A stretch of DNA of 64,000 bases. Origin: Heterodontus francisci. Its lineage: Eukaryota. The position numbers and the translations under genes are program-made. Where the stretch lies: positions 32,706,430-32,770,429 of the forward strand of contig NC_090399.1 of assembly GCF_036365525.1 (NCBI RefSeq), in the 5' to 3' direction. A model generated the notes under the pieces. It searched no databases and had not been told where the DNA came from. It worked only from the letters and a program-made list of their open reading frames with translations. Positions 12,310 to 24,509 of the stretch are shown one piece after another (position 1 is the stretch's first letter; every line of letters starts with the position of its first letter).

Positions 12310-12725
12310 ATCATCAAATTTGCTGAATTTGCATACTGCATTTATCGTCGCTTAGTAGGTCAGAACTTGAGTATTACTGAAAATAGAGACATGCTGTCAA
12401 AGTTTTTTGTCTTGAACTCATCAGGACAGATGCAAGAATGCCAATTTTCAAAGGAAGCAACAGTTTTTACTGCATGAGAAAAGCATGCTGATTGGTTGGC
12501 AAGTTGACTCTGGTTGCCATGGCGAATGCGCCAGGGAACTAATTTCCCCCAAGCTTTTGTTTAAGTTCAATGAGGCACAACACCTGGACATGATCCTTTT
12601 GTCTGAAGAGGACAGGTTCCTTTATCTTAATATATGTAGCTTCTAGCAAATATAAGTTAGTCACACTGCGAGCCTAACTGATAATCTTAAGATCATTGTT
12701 CGTGTAATTCTTAACACACACAAGG
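12310..12725 (-). mobile_element. Penelope-type pseudo-LTR of a second family with a degenerate hammerhead
   Basis: Minus strand TGTC-CTGATGA-GTTCAAGAC-AAAAAACTTT-GACA (GAAA lost); interrupts the L2 RT. Confidence 0.55.
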
Positions 12726-12917
12726 ATCTATCCTTGGTCTCCTCCTATTTCTCATCTACATGCTGCCCCTCAGCCACTTCATATGAAAACACACTGTTAA
12801 TTTTCACATGTACACTGACAACATCCAGCTCTACCTCACCACCACCTCTCTCAACTCCTCCACTGTTGATAAATTATTAAACTGCTTATCTGACACCCAG
12901 CAGTGGGAGAGCAGAAA

Positions 12918-13826
12918 TGTTGCAAGTTTGCAGTCGACACAAAGCTGGGGGCAATGTGATCTGTGAGGGGGATGGAAAGAGGCTCCAATGTGATTTGGAC
13001 AAGCTGGGTGAGTGGGCAAATGCATGTCAGATGCAGTATAACATGGATAAATGTGATGTTATCCACTTTGGTTGTAAAAACAGAAAGGCAGATTATTATC
13101 TGAATGGTGATAGATTGGGAAATGGGGAGGTGCAATGAGACCTGGGTTTCCTCGTACACCAGTCATTTTAGGAAGGCGAATGGTATGTTGGCCTTCATTG
13201 CAAGAGGATTTGAGTACAGAAGCAAGGATGTCTTGCTGCAGTTATACAGGGCCTTGGTGAGACCACATCTGGAGTATTGTGTGCAGTTTTGGTCTCCTTA
13301 TCTGAGGAAGGACATTCTTGTCATGGAAGGAGTGCAAAGAAGACTTATTAGGCTGATTCCTGTGATGGCAGGATTGACGTATGAGGAGAGATTGGGTCAA
13401 CTCGGCTTATATTCACTAGAGTTTAGAAGAATGAGAGGGGATCTCATAGAAACCGATAAAATTCTAACAGGACTGGACAGGCTAGATGCAGGGAGGATGT
13501 TCTCGATGGCTGGGAAGTCTAGAACCAGGGGTCACAGTCTCAGGATATGGGGTATGCCATTTAGAACTGAGATGAGGAGAAATTTCTTCACTCAGAGGGT
13601 GGTGAACCTGTGGAATTCTCTCCTGCAGAAGGCAGTGGAGGCCAAGTCTTTAAATATATTCAAGAAGGAGATAGATATATTTCTTAATGCCAAAGGGATC
13701 AAGGGATATGGGGAGAACGCGGGAAGAGGGTACTGAATTGGAAGATCAGCCATGATCTTTTTTGAATGGTGGAGCAGGCCTGAAGGGCCGAATGGCCTAT
13801 TCCTGCTCCTATTTTCTATGTTTGTA
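12918..13826 (+). mobile_element. CR1 LINE 3' fragment nested in L2
   Basis: 210-aa ORF with [17 protein letters not shown]; TTCTATG tail. Confidence 0.92.
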
Positions 13827-14419
13827 TGAAATTTCCTCCATTTAAGTATCAGGAAGGCAGAAGCCATTCTCTTCAGTGCTGCTACAAACTCTGTTCTCGA
13901 GCCACCGACTCCATCCATCTCCCTGGCAACTGTCTGAGGCTCAACCAGACTGTTCACAACCTGAGATGAGCTTCCGGGTTCATATTCACTCCATCACTAA
14001 GACCGCCTATTTCAACCTCTGTAACATCTCCCGACTCCACCCCTGCCTCAGCTCATCTGCTGCTGAAACCCTCATCCATTCCTTTGTTTCCTCTACACTC
14101 GACTATTCTAATGCATTCTTGGCTGGTCTCCCACATTCTATCCTCCTTAAACTTGGGCTCATCCCAAAAATCTCTGCTGCCCATGTCTTAACTCACACCA
14201 AACCCCGTTCACCCATCACCCCCTGTGCTCGCTGCCTTGCATCGGCTCCTGGTTCAGCAATGCCTCAATTTTAAAATTCACATCCTTGTTTCCAAATCCC
14301 TCCATTGCCTCACCCCTCCCTATCTCTATAATTTCCTCCAGCCCCTACACCTCACCCTGTCTCTGTAATCTCATCAAGCCTTCCAAACCTCTGAGATCTC
14401 TGTTCTCCTCTATTTCTGG

Positions 14420-14945
14420 CTTGTTAATCTTCTCTCTCTTGCGCCAGTCTCTCCTTTCCCACTGCTTCTATCACTTCCCTCTCCCCTCCACATACTGTCT
14501 GTCGCTCTCTCTCCTTCTCACCCTCTCTCACCTTCTCACCCTCTCTCACATACACTCTCTCTCCCTTGCTCTTTCAGTCGCCCTCTTTGTCTCCATTTGT
14601 CTCTCTCTCTCTCTCCCCTCCCCAGACTCTCTCTTGCCCTCTGCCCCTCTCCCACACACACATTCTCCCTGTCTCCCCATTCCTCTCCCCTTTCCCTCGT
14701 CCCTCCTCAAGCCCTCACTCCCTACATCCACCCTCACCCAGTCCTTCTCACTTACTCATTCTCTACCTCCCCTCACTCTACCCAATCCATCTCTCATCCT
14801 CATCACGACCCACCAGCACCATCTCCCCGTCCCAACCTCGTTCCACTCACTCTCACTCTCCCCCTCACATACCTTTGTCTCCCTTCTTCTGTCACCCCTC
14901 CCACTCTCATCACCCCTCCCTCTCTCTCCACCCCTCCTCACTCTG
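14420..14945. repeat. CT-rich low-complexity tract
   Basis: Pyrimidine-rich sequence giving spurious L/S/P ORFs. Confidence 0.9.
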
Positions 14946-15029
14946 ATGTCAAGAAAGTGTGCAGTGTGTTTGTCTATCTAACCCGTTTTTTATTTATTTG
15001 GCGATGGAGCCTTTATTCCCTCAGCCCTG

Positions 15030-15700
15030 TTTATATGCATTTTAAATCAATAACTTCATTAAAACAGGGAAATAAAATAAAAATTAAATTAAAACCTGAT
15101 TATCAACAGCAATAATGCACTCCAGCCCATGTGGTGCTCACTGCTCACAGAAGGTCTCAAGCGAACTGATGGACACCGCATGCTCCATTTCCGGAGTCAC
15201 CCCGGCACAAACGCAACCTCGGGAGAAGGGCAGGCAATCCGGGTGGAGGAACCCCCGATGGTCCACTGCCTGGACCTGTGAATCGCCATCTTGGCCAGGT
15301 CAAGGAGCAGACTGATGAGGAGATCCTCCTCCTGGCCCATCCCCCCTCCGCAGCAGGTGCCCAATGATCAGAAGCTGAAGTGCAACGAAATTTGGGGAGT
15401 AGCCCCCTTAAATATTCAACCAGGGGCTGCAACCTCACACACTCCCTAGCAACATGTTACATGGAATCATCCAGGCCACAGAAACTACAGGCAGCCTGGG
15501 AGTCTGTGAACCTATTTAAATGTCTGTTGCACGGGACTGCCCTGTGCAGCACCCTCCACCCCAGGTCCCCGATGCAAAGGGGGAGGACTCCTGCGTGGTG
15601 AGCCTTCCACCGGGGACCCTCCTCGCTGCCAGATGGCAACACGGACCACCACGCCGCTGTGTCCGGGTGGCAGACGAGGGTGAGGAAGTGGAGAGTGTAC
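15030..15700 (-). mobile_element. Tx1/L1-clade ORF2 C-terminal (zf-RVT) fragment
   Basis: GDLGWRVLHRAVPCNRHL..ACSFCGLDDSM.H...EC on the minus strand. Confidence 0.8.
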
Positions 15701-15782
15701 AGGAGCAGCTCGGCAGGGGAGGTCCACTGGATTTCAGTGGGAACCAGGTCACGGCAGCCAAGTTCACAGACTCGGAGTCAGA

Positions 15783-17290
15783 TTTTTTAAAAAATTCATT
15801 CAGGGATGTGGGTGTCACTGGCCAGGCCAGCATTTATTGCCCATCCCTAATTGCCCTTGAGAAGGTGGTGGTGAGCTGCCTTCTTGAACGCTGCAGTCCA
15901 TTTGGGGTACGTACACCCACAGTGCTGTTTGGAAGGGAGTTCCAGGATTATGGCCCAGTGACAGTGAAGGAACGGTGATATAGTTCCAAGTCAGGATGGT
16001 GTGTGACTCGGAGGGGAACTTGCAGGTGGTCGTGTTCCCATGCAGTTGCTGCCCTTGTCCTTCTAGTTGGTAGAGGTCGTGGGTTTGGAAGGTGCTGTCT
16101 AAGGAGCCTTGGTGCATTGCTGTAGTGCATCTTGTAGATGGTACACACTGCTGCCACTGTGCGTTGGTGGTGGAGAGAGTGAATGTTTGTAGATGGGATG
16201 CCAAGCAAGCGGGCTGCTTTGTCCTGGATAGTGTCGAGCTTCTTGAGTGTTGTTGGAGCTGCACCCATCCAGGCAAGCGGAGAGTATTCCATCACACTCC
16301 TGACTTGTGCCTTGTAGATGGTGGACAGGCTTTGGGGAGTCAGGAGGTGAGTTACTCGCTGAGGGATTCCTAGCCTCTGACCTGCTCTTGCAGCCACGGT
16401 ATTTATATGGCTACTCCAGTTCAGTTTCAGGTCAATGGTAGCCCCTAGGATGTTGATAGTGAGTGTTTCAGTGATCAGAATGCCATTGAATGTCAAGGGG
16501 AGATGATTAGATTCTGTCTTGTTGGAGATGGTCATTGCCTGGCATTTGTGTGGCGTTAATGTTTCTTGCCACTTATCAACCCAAGCCTGGATATTGTCCA
16601 GGTCTTTTTGCATTTCTACACGGACTGCTTCAGTATCTGAGGAGTCACGAATGGTGCTGAGCATTGTGCAATCATCAGCGAACATCCCTACTTCTGACCT
16701 TATGATTGAAGGTAGGTCATTGATGAAGCAGCTGATGATGGTTGGGCCGAGGACACTACCCTGAGGTACTCCTGCAGTGATGTCCTGGAGCTCAGATGAT
16801 TGACCTCCAACAACCACAACTATCTTCCTTTGCGCTAGGTATTACTGCAGCCAGCGGAGGGTTTTCCCCCTGATTCCCATTGACCTCAGTTTTGCTCGGG
16901 CTCCTTGATGCCATACTCGGTTAAATGCTGCCTTGTTGTCAAGGGCAGTCACTCTCCCCTCACCTCTTGAGTTCAGCTCTTTTGTCCATGTTTGAACCAA
17001 GACTGCAATGAGGTCAGGAGCTGAGTGGCCCTGGCGGAACCCAAACTGAGCGTCACTAAGCAGGTTATTGCTAAGCAAGTGACGCTTGGTGACGCCTTCC
17101 ATCACTTTACTGAGAGTAGGCTGATGGGGAGGTAACTGGCTGGGTTGGACTTGTCCTGGTTTTTGTGTAGAGGACATACCTGGGCAATTTTCCACGTTGC
17201 AGGGTAGATGCCAGTGTTGTAGCTGTACTGGAACAGCTTGGCTAGGGGCACGGCAAGTTCTGGAGCACAGGTCTTCAGCACATCTTCTTT
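15783..17290 (-). mobile_element. 5'-truncated copy of the tRNA-headed CR1-group LINE family
   Basis: 289-aa RT ORF nearly identical to 47846-49300; tail CATCCCTGAATGAAT. Confidence 0.92.
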
Positions 17291-17723
17291 AGATGTTACT
17301 GTTGTCATAGTAGCCACCAACCATCTAAATGCCCCCATTTCCAGTCAAAGTGCTATCCCTGTCGGAAAGTCGGTCATATCCAGATGACATGCAGGAGTAG
17401 AGGAAACAGTAATGTTCCAGGTCACGGAAATGCTTCAGGTTGCAGCAATTCACCAGGTCGAGGTGGTGGTTGATCTAAAACTAGTTCAGGTGCCTGGAAG
17501 TCCTCGAATGCACATATGATGGATATGGAAACAGAATTTGATGTTATCGAGCAGGAAGATCAAGAGTTGTACTCGGTCAGAGAGCAAGAAAAACAGCACA
17601 TGGAAGATGAGAGTAAAGGGGCTGAAGATATAATTCCAGAACCCACAGTAAAAATGAAAGTTGGAGATTGACAACTTACTTTCATCGTTGATTCAGCTGC
17701 AGCAGTGTCTGTTATCTCGGAAG

Positions 17724-18889
17724 CAGGGATAGGCACCAACATGTTGCACCACGGACATTTGACAAAGTTATTGACTCAGTCATGGACGTGGGGGTGATTA
17801 ATCTGTATATAATGTGTACAGACAACTTAATACCATCAAAACAGAGTCTGATTTTAAACACATTTCTCCATGTTTAGTGATATACCTGGCATTGATTGGA
17901 CTTGTACATGTAGTCAATGTCTGCCCGAACACTTCATGTCGGGATGAGGAGAATTCAGACAGATGTCCATCTGTCAGGAGGGATTTTCATCACTTTCTCT
18001 CTCTCCATCTCTCTCCCCAGTCTGTGTATATCTCTATCCCCTCTCCGTGTCTATCTCTCTCCCCTCTCCCTCTCTCCTCTTTGTGTCTATTCCTCTTCCG
18101 TATTCCTTTCTCCTCTCTGTGCCCATCCTTCTCCCCTCAGTGTCCCCTCTCTCCCCCTGTCCCTCCCCAATCCAATCCCTCCCTCGGTCCCCTCTAATCC
18201 TTCCCTCTGTAATCCACTTCCCCCTCTCTCTCCCCGTGTCCCTCCACTACCTTCCTCCCTCTCTCCCCTCCCTCTGTCCCTTCCCTCTTCCCCCTCTGCG
18301 CCCCCCACACCCTCCCTCTGCTTCACTACCCCTCTCTCTATCCCCCTTCTCTCTCCCTCTCTCTTTACCCCCTCTCTCTCTCCCCTCTCTCCTCTGTCTC
18401 TCCCCACCCACCCTCCCCCCATTAGGAGCAGAAACACATTGCCCCTTGGCACTGGCCCTGCACTCTGAGAGAAACCAGGACCTTTGAAGAGCTGAGAAAG
18501 TGGACTGTCTGCCACTAAAAACCAGCTTGCTCTGTCTCAATGAAGTCTTCCCTTTTCAGTTCTATCATTACTTTTCTGTGCACTATCCTATCTGTTCTAT
18601 TCACACCAACACTCTCCATGGCTGACAGGCCAACCATTTATGCTTTTGATTGGCAGGACAGATACAAAACTTTGTTGCGCTGTGGGACCCAGCCGATGCC
18701 TCATTAATCCCGATCCTTTGCAACTATTTTCAATATTTTGCTCCACGTCTTTAAACTTGTATTGAAAATTTTATTTAATTTTAAAACATAAGTTTAAAGG
18801 CTTGGAGCAAGACATTCAAAATTACCAAGGTCCTCAACATTTTTATCACAGTCACTGCCAACTGTGTACGGACAGGTTCCCAACTGCTG
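17724..18889. mobile_element. Non-autonomous hAT-like DNA transposon containing a CT-rich tract
   Basis: Imperfect TIRs CAGGGATAGGCACC...GTTCCCAACTGCTG; 8-bp TSD CTCGGAAG/CTCGGCAG; absent from the homologous Gypsy copy at ~23880. Confidence 0.75.
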
Positions 18890-19229
18890 CTCGGCAGGAG
18901 AGTACAAGGAATCCCTAAGTCACATTCCCTTACGCAAAACTGGTGTGAAACTGACTAGTTATTCCAATAACAGTTTTCCAGTGGGAGGTGAAGTTAGTGT
19001 TAGGTGGAATATGATGATGCATCCTCTTACTTATCATGGGTGGTAGAAGGAGGGAACAAAGTCTCCCTATTGGGAAGGAATTGTCATAAGAAAATACGGT
19101 GAAACTGCACCGAGTTATTTACAGTGGGGATCAGTAAGAGTGCGTCTGACATTAAAATGGTCTTTGAACAAGAAGGACCAAATGATAAAATTAGACATCA
19201 CAAGGCCGAGGTCAAGATAAAGGATAATG

Positions 19230-19453
19230 CAGTGTAAAACCCCTCGGGCTGTATGCACCTAAATACGTTTTTGCTGTGTAATGCATATGTCCATTGCATG
19301 TAAGATGGAATGGGAAGAGTTGTGAGGAAACTCACGTTCTGTATCGAAGGAATCTGATCTCTATTGCACTTTCTAAAATGTCAAGTTTGCACCGTTTTAT
19401 AATGTGTCTTTTTACAGATTTTTATGAATGAAGTATATTTTTTGAAGAAAAAA
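19230..19453 (+). mobile_element. Short A-tailed LINE 3' end (possibly L1/Tx1 type)
   Basis: Insertion relative to the homologous Gypsy copy; A-rich tail; reverse-complement homologue at 29071-29310. Confidence 0.6.
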
Positions 19454-19845
19454 GTTTGCAACACCCTGCCAGTGTCTGCCAGAGAAATTAGTGAAGAACC
19501 TCACAAGGATGTGGTGCTCAGTAAAGTGCTCAATGATGTCAGGAATGTCTGGTCTAAAGAGTGTGATGATGAGAAATTGCAGGAATATTTCACATGTAGA
19601 AATGAACTGAGTGTAGATCAAGGCTGTCTCCTATGGGGTTTAAGAGTCATTATTCCACAAGGTTTAGACAGAGATTGTAAGAGGAACTCCATCAATAGTA
19701 CAGAGGAATAGTCCGTATGAAAACAGTAGCAAGAAGCTATTTTTGATATCCAAAGGTAGATAGAGATATTGAAGAGTTGGTGAAAAGTTATGAAGTGTGT
19801 CTCAGAATGAGAAATGATCCAACCAAGGTTCCTTTCATTCCATGG

Positions 19846-20756
19846 TGCCATGATCCTGTTTTTTTTCTCTCCTCAGGAAATATTGCGGAGTGTCTTTAAG
19901 GCAGCAAAAGATCAGGACTTTAAGGCAGTCAGCTTCAGAAGTTACCAAGTGAAAGTGAATCTTGGTTGCCTGGATACAACCATACAGAGAGGGGGAACAG
20001 GACGTACAATGTCACCATTTGATTTTGAAACTGGCTGGCAAAAAACTGTTTTGTTCAGAGACAGACAGACACAGCTTTGTGTTGGCATCTGAAAGGAGAG
20101 CTGGTCGACAAGTTTAAACTGAAGGAAAAGGCAGTTTATTATTATCTCTCAAAATTCTAAAAAGTTAAGCCAGATTAATTATTTAAAAAAAATACTAATT
20201 ATTGATCTGTGTTCATTACTGGAAAAAGAAGAGTAACACTTCAACTGCTGAACTGGACTGATGAATTTCCCATCATTGAAGAATCTGTCTTTTCTTTCCA
20301 TCGTACAACTGCAAAGACTTCAAGCATCTGAGGACTGTTTCTACATTGAAGATTCCTACAAAGATTTTATTGTCATTCCTATTTTTTCGGCAGTTAATTC
20401 AACACCAAACTACCATTAGTTTGGGTATGTGAATGCGAATGCAGGAGTTTGATTTTTTAAAAATAAGTTGTAAGGTCTTTAGATATTAATTTATCTTGGT
20501 AGTGTTTAAGATTTTAGTTTTTTCAAATAAATAGTTAATTTGTTGATATCTAAAGATACCTGGTTTGCTTCGTCTCATTTGGGGATTACTAGATTGTTTC
20601 AATTCGGCTGCTGTTTTCTTTGATTTGGAAAGCTTTAAGATATATACGATGTGACCTGTGGGGTGGTGGGACTGAATTGACTGTGCATTGCTCCCACCGC
20701 AGTCAGAATCATATATTTTGATTGGGGGCTTTGTCCTGCGTGGTCATGCCATAACA
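19846..20756 (+). mobile_element. Solo LTR
   Basis: TG...CA ends with a 4-bp TSD ATGG on both sides; the empty site is visible in the homologous copy near 23140. Confidence 0.9.
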
Positions 20757-22032
20757 ATGGTCAAACACAAGAAAACTGTGGAAACACGTATATGTCAATT
20801 TCCTCGAAGTGGAAGGGAAAGTATTTTGTTTTGGTCGATAGCTATAGCAAGTGGATAAATGATGAGTCTATGCCCAATACCACAAGTACCAAAACTATTG
20901 AGGTTTTGAGAAGTTGGTTTGCAATTTATGGGTTCCCAGAGGACAAGGTTTAGTTTGCTTCAGCCTGACATCAATAACCAAATAAGAGAAAAGCAAGACA
21001 GAGTGAAAATGAGTCATGATACATGAGGCATGAAACTTAGAGAGTTCACTGCAGGTCAGAAGGTCATGGTGAAAAACCACCGCGGTGATAAGGAGAAGTA
21101 TGTGTTTGGAATTGTTGTGAAAAGACTAGGTTCATTCAGATATCTAGTGTAGATTGGAGAGAGACTCTGTCAACATCATGAAAGAGGAAATCTGACAAAA
21201 GGAGAGCATGAGAAACCTCCCATCGTCCAAATTCCAACAGTCCCAAGTGAAAGTCAGAATGAAAGTGCAAGTCACAAAGGAACTGAAAGCTTGCCAGTAT
21301 CACAGAATCCACCAGGAGAGCAAAGCGAGTCAGGGTCTTTGATTAAGTTGAATCAATCAATTTCACAGTCCCAACTATTATGTGGAGTTGGTTGTCAAAG
21401 TCAAAGTTCAGGGTCAACACAGTCTGAGATGTTGGGAGAGCAGAGTCAAGCTAATAGAAATGGAAGAAGATATCCAGGCAGAAAGAGAAAGAAGCCAGAA
21501 AGGTTCATTGAAAGTATGTAGGAAGGAAGATGAAAGTTGTTCTTTTCATTACTTCGTCAATAATGATATTTTTTGTGAAAGACAGACAGGTGTTAAAAAA
21601 AAAACATTTTTTTTTTACATGTAAATGACTCTGGAAATATTAGTTACATAAGTTTTCATTGTGATTACAGTAATAACAGGTATGCAACTTAACTTGTTAA
21701 ATTTCAAAGTATTGTTATTGTAATATGGGAAATTATATACAAGTACCATTTTATATTTAATGAAAAAAAATAAGTTGGGAGGGAATGTCATATACAATAT
21801 TAAACTGGCTGATAGTATTGCAATTACAATACTATGTCTCTGCTGCCCTCTCTGTTGGGAGGTGTTCCAGCATGGCTGCTTCCAGTGAAGACAGTAATCT
21901 GCTGCTGAGATGCTAATTGGTCAGCTAGTACTCGATCGGGGCAGCAGCTGAGTATAGAGCAGGAGCGACTTTGACACCCGCTTCCACCTCCCGGATCACG
22001 GACCCACTGAGACAGGTAAAATTCCAGCCTAT

Positions 22033-24380
22033 ATCTTTAACAAAAATATCATTTGATAAAGAGTAATGAAAAGAACAACTTATTTCTTCTTCTTTCCCAC
22101 ATCCTTTCAATTAACCTATCTGACTTCTTTCTATGTCTGTCCATTTCCATTAGCTTGACTTTGCTCTCCCAACATCTCAGACTGTTGATCCTGAACTTTG
22201 ACTTTCAAGACCAACTCCATTTAATGGTTGTGAATGTGACATTGATTGATTAGTCTTAGTCAATGACCCTGACTCACTTTGCTCTACCGGTGGATTCTGT
22301 GATACCGGCAAACTCTCAGTTTCTTTGTGACTTTCTCTTTCATTCTGACTTTCACTTGGGACTGTAGGAATTTGGACTATAGGAGGTTTCTCATGCTCTT
22401 CCTTTGTCAGATTACCCCTTTCAAGCAAATGATCTGCATGGCACTGACATAGTCTCTCTCCAACCTTCACTACATATATGAATACACCTAGTCTTTTTAC
22501 AACAACTCCAAAACATGTTTCTCCTTAGCACCTCAGTGGTTTTTCACAGTGACCTTCTGACCAGCCCAGAACTCTCTAAGTTTTATGTCTCGAGTATCAC
22601 GACTCATCTTCACTCTGTCTTCCTTTTCTCTTATTTTTCTGTGGACGTCTGGCTTAAGCAAACTAAACCTCGTTCTAGGAGAATGTTTAAACACTAACTC
22701 ATAAGGTGAGGAACCTGTTGTAGTTTGTGGGATTATTCTGTAAGAGAACAGAAAATTGTCTTGCCTGTGTCAAAGAGAAACATGGGACTTAGCAAATATT
22801 TCTGCAAAGACCTCTTCACAATTTGTACACTTCTTTCTGCAGCACCATTTGATGCTGGGTGATATGGTGATATTAGAGTGTGATCGACTCCATTCTTACT
22901 CAGAAATATTTCAAACTATTCTGACATAAACTGTGGACCATTATCTGACACCAACACCTCTGGCAACCCATAAATTGCAAACAAACTTCTCAAAACCTCA
23001 GTAGTTTTGGTACTTGTGGTATTGGGGATGGACTCGACATTAATCCACTTGCTATAGCTATCGACCAAAACAAAATACTCTTTCCCTTCCACTTCAAAGA
23101 AATCGACATGTACTGTTCCCATGGTTTCTTGTGTTTGACCATGGAATGAAAGGAACCTTGTTTGGATCATTTCTCATTCTGAGACACACTTCACAACCTT
23201 TCACCAACTCTTCAATATCTCAATCTACCTTTGGAGATTAAAAATAGCTTCTTGCTACTGTTTTCATACGGACTATCCCTGTGTGCTTTTGAAGTTCCTC
23301 TAACAATCTCTCTGAACCTTGGCAGAATAATGACTCTTAAACCCCATAGGAGACAGCCTTGATCGACACGCTGTTCATTTCTATGTGTGAAATACTCCTG
23401 CAATTTCTCATGATCACACTCTTTAGACCAATCATTCATGACATAATTGAGCACTTTGCTGAGCACAACATCCTTGTGAGATTCTTCACTAATTTCTCTG
23501 GCAGACACTGCCATAGTGTTGCAAAATGTCGGCTTTACATTGTCCTTTATCCTGATCTCGGCCTTGTGATGTCTAATTTTATCATTTGATCCTCCTTTCT
23601 CAAAGATTATTTTGTGCTCTCTTAGCACTTCCTCAATGTTAGACATACTCTGACTGATCCCAACTGTAAACACAGTTTAACTGTATTTTCTTAAGCCAAT
23701 TCCTTCCCATCAGGGAGACTTTGTTCCCTCCTTCTACCACCAATGGTAAGTAATAGAATGCATCATCGTATTCACCCGACACTAACTTCACCTCCCACTG
23801 GAATCCTGTTATTGGAATAACTAGTCCGTTTCACACCAGTTTTGCGTAAGGGAATGTGACTTAGGGACTTCTTGTACTCGCTTCCGAGATAACAGACACT
23901 GCTGCAGCTGTATCAACGATGAAAGTAAGTTGTGAATCTCCAACCTTCATTTTTAATGTGGGTGCTGGAATTCTATCTTCAGCCCTTTTACTCTCATCTT
24001 CCATGTGCTGTTTTTCTTGCTCTCTGACGGAGTACAACTCTTTATCCTCCTGCTCGATAACATCAACTTCTGTTTCCATATCCATCATATGTGCATTCGA
24101 GGACTTCCAGGCTCCTGAACTAGCTTTAGATCAACCACCACCTCGACCTGGTGAATTGCTGCAACCTGAAGCATTTCCGTGACCTGGAACATTACTGTTT
24201 CCTCTACTCCTGTATGTCATCTGGATATGACCGACTTTCCCACAGGGAATGCACTCTGACTGGAAATGGGGGCATTTAGATGGCTGGTAATTACCATGAC
24301 AACAGTAGTATCTAAATTTCTGAATCTGAGTTTGCAAACTTGGCTGCCATGGCCTGGTTCCCACTGAAAACCAATGGACA
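22033..24380 (-). mobile_element. Second copy of the internally deleted Gypsy element, inverted
   Basis: CIPCGKVGH, FIVDTAAAVSVI, YFVLVDSYSKW..GLPEVLVSDNGPQF; shares the RT/RNase H deletion with 15705-21925. Confidence 0.88.
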
Positions 24381-24469
24381 TAAGAACATAAGAAATGGGA
24401 GCAGGAGTAGGCCATATTTATATATATATAGGCCGAATGGCCTACTCCTGCTTCCATTTCTTATGTTCT

Positions 24470-24500
<31 letters not shown>
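24381..24500. repeat. Two head-to-head CR1 tails forming a ~35-bp-arm palindrome, with (TA)n
   Basis: TAAGAACATAAGAAATGGGAGCAGGAGTAGGCCAT and its near reverse complement at 24437-24471. Confidence 0.85.

Positions 24501-24509
<9 letters not shown>

Larger units (their letters stand above)
11880..14420 (+). mobile_element. Decayed L2 LINE, interrupted by a Penelope pLTR and a CR1
   Basis: LVLLDLSAAFDMVDH, QGSILG..YMLPL..YTDNIQLY, AETLIHSFVSSTLDYSNAFLAGLP. Confidence 0.85.
15705..21925 (+). mobile_element. Internally deleted Gypsy element (zinc knuckle, protease, integrase, PPT, 3' LTR start at 21786) with several nested insertions
   Basis: CYPCRKVGH knuckle, FIVDSAAAVSVI protease, GCLLWGLRVIIP integrase; PPT AAGTTGGGAGGGAA then TG; RT/RNase H absent; homologous to 22033-24380. 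Confidence 0.8.

Noticed and set aside
14286-18540. Overlapping L/S/P-rich and G/E/R-rich ORFs at 14286-15115 and 17814-18540
   Set aside because: Low-complexity CT tracts.
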